From positions 7,222 to 71,221 of the forward strand of contig NIVC01003890.1 of NCBI GenBank assembly GCA_002269645.1: a stretch of 64,000 nt of DNA, read 5' to 3'. This stretch comes from Macrostomum lignano. Lineage: Eukaryota. The notes beneath the pieces are model-generated. The model was not told the origin of the DNA. It searched no databases and saw nothing but the letters and a program-made list of their open reading frames with translations. Made by a program: the position numbers and the translations under genes. Of this stretch, positions 48,265 to 64,000 are shown in pieces; the stretch's first letter is position 1, and each line of letters begins with the position of its first letter.

Positions 48265-48870
48265 ATTATTTAAAAGAGAGTAGAGAGGCAGATTCTCGAG
48301 GACTGAGGGAGAGTAGAGAGGCAGATTCTCGAGGACTGAGGGAGAGCAGAGAGGCAGATTCTCAAGGACTGAGGGAGAGTAGAGAGGCAGATTCTCAAGG
48401 ACTGAGGGAGAGCAGAGAGGCAGATTCTCAAGGACTGAGGGAGAGCAGAGAGGCAGATTCTCAAGGACTGAGGGAGAGCAGAGAGGCAGATTCTCAAGGA
48501 CTGAGGGAGAGTAGAGAGGCAGATTCTCAAGGACTGAGGGAGAGTAGAGAGGCAGATTCTCAAGGACTGAGGGAGAGTAGAGAGGCAGATTCTCAAGGAC
48601 TGAGGGAGAGTAGAGAGGCAGATTCTCAAGGACTGAGGGAGAGTAGAGAGGCAGATTCTCAAGGACTGATGGAGAGTAGAGAGGCAGATTCTCAAGGACT
48701 GATGGAGAGTAGAGAGGCAGATTCTCAAGGACTGAGGGAGAGTAGAGAGGCAGATTCTCAAGGACTGATGGAGAGTAGAGAGGCAGATTCTCAAGGACTG
48801 ATGGAGAGTAGAGAGGCAGATTCTCAAGGACTGATGGAGAGTAGAGAGGCAGATTCTCAAGGACTGAGGG
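48265..48870. repeat. 33-bp minisatellite, ~18 copies, upstream of DNAH1
   Basis: Unit GAGAGTAGAGAGGCAGATTCTCAAGGACTGAGG. Confidence 0.95.
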
Positions 48871-49072
48871 AGAGGGAGAGAGTTTTAAGCAAGCTATATT
48901 TCAGATTTTGCTATAAAAAAGCAGCACTCACTGTATTTGCATTCCAACATACCCAAACATTGCATGCCTATTGAGTTCGTTGCGTACTAAATAAAGTCTT
49001 CATTGCTACAGCTAGCACCTAATAAAGCGCTGTGCTTCTGCCATTGCCGATATTTTTTAGCACCAAAACAGC

Positions 49073-63979
<14,907 letters not shown>

Positions 63980-64000
63980 GTAAGTTGAGAGAGCGACTCA

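Overview
Eukaryotic (metazoan invertebrate) genomic DNA with GC-rich exons and AT-rich or minisatellite-filled introns. The style suggests a free-living flatworm such as Macrostomum, but this is inference only. Six spliced protein-coding genes were reconstructed by hand from GT..AG junctions and phase continuity: eIF4H (+, first exon not found); an 11-exon, 772-aa Mx-like dynamin GTPase (+); a CD225/dispanin (IFITM-like) membrane protein (-); a >650-aa ankyrin-repeat protein (-); STRIP1/2 (+); and the 5' half of axonemal dynein DNAH1 (+, runs off the window, with one in-frame TAA and a local frameshift patch). Mobile DNA: an intact, very young BEL/Pao LTR retrotransposon (285-bp LTRs with no differences seen, CAATC TSD, tRNA-iMet-type PBS) in an ankyrin-gene intron; two tRNA-derived SINE families; a hAT-like MITE; and two Helitron-like regions. 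About 30 unrelated tandem arrays are present. Most interesting: (1) an Mx + dispanin + ankyrin cluster that could be an invertebrate antiviral locus, whose Mx has a non-canonical G4 motif (TFPD) and an enlarged L4 loop with a skippable mini-exon; (2) intronic tandem arrays built from canonical transcription-factor motifs that appear to match the host gene (STAT/GAS, kB-like, AP-1 and CRE in Mx introns; RFX X-box-like sites in a dynein intron). The regulatory interpretation is a hypothesis.
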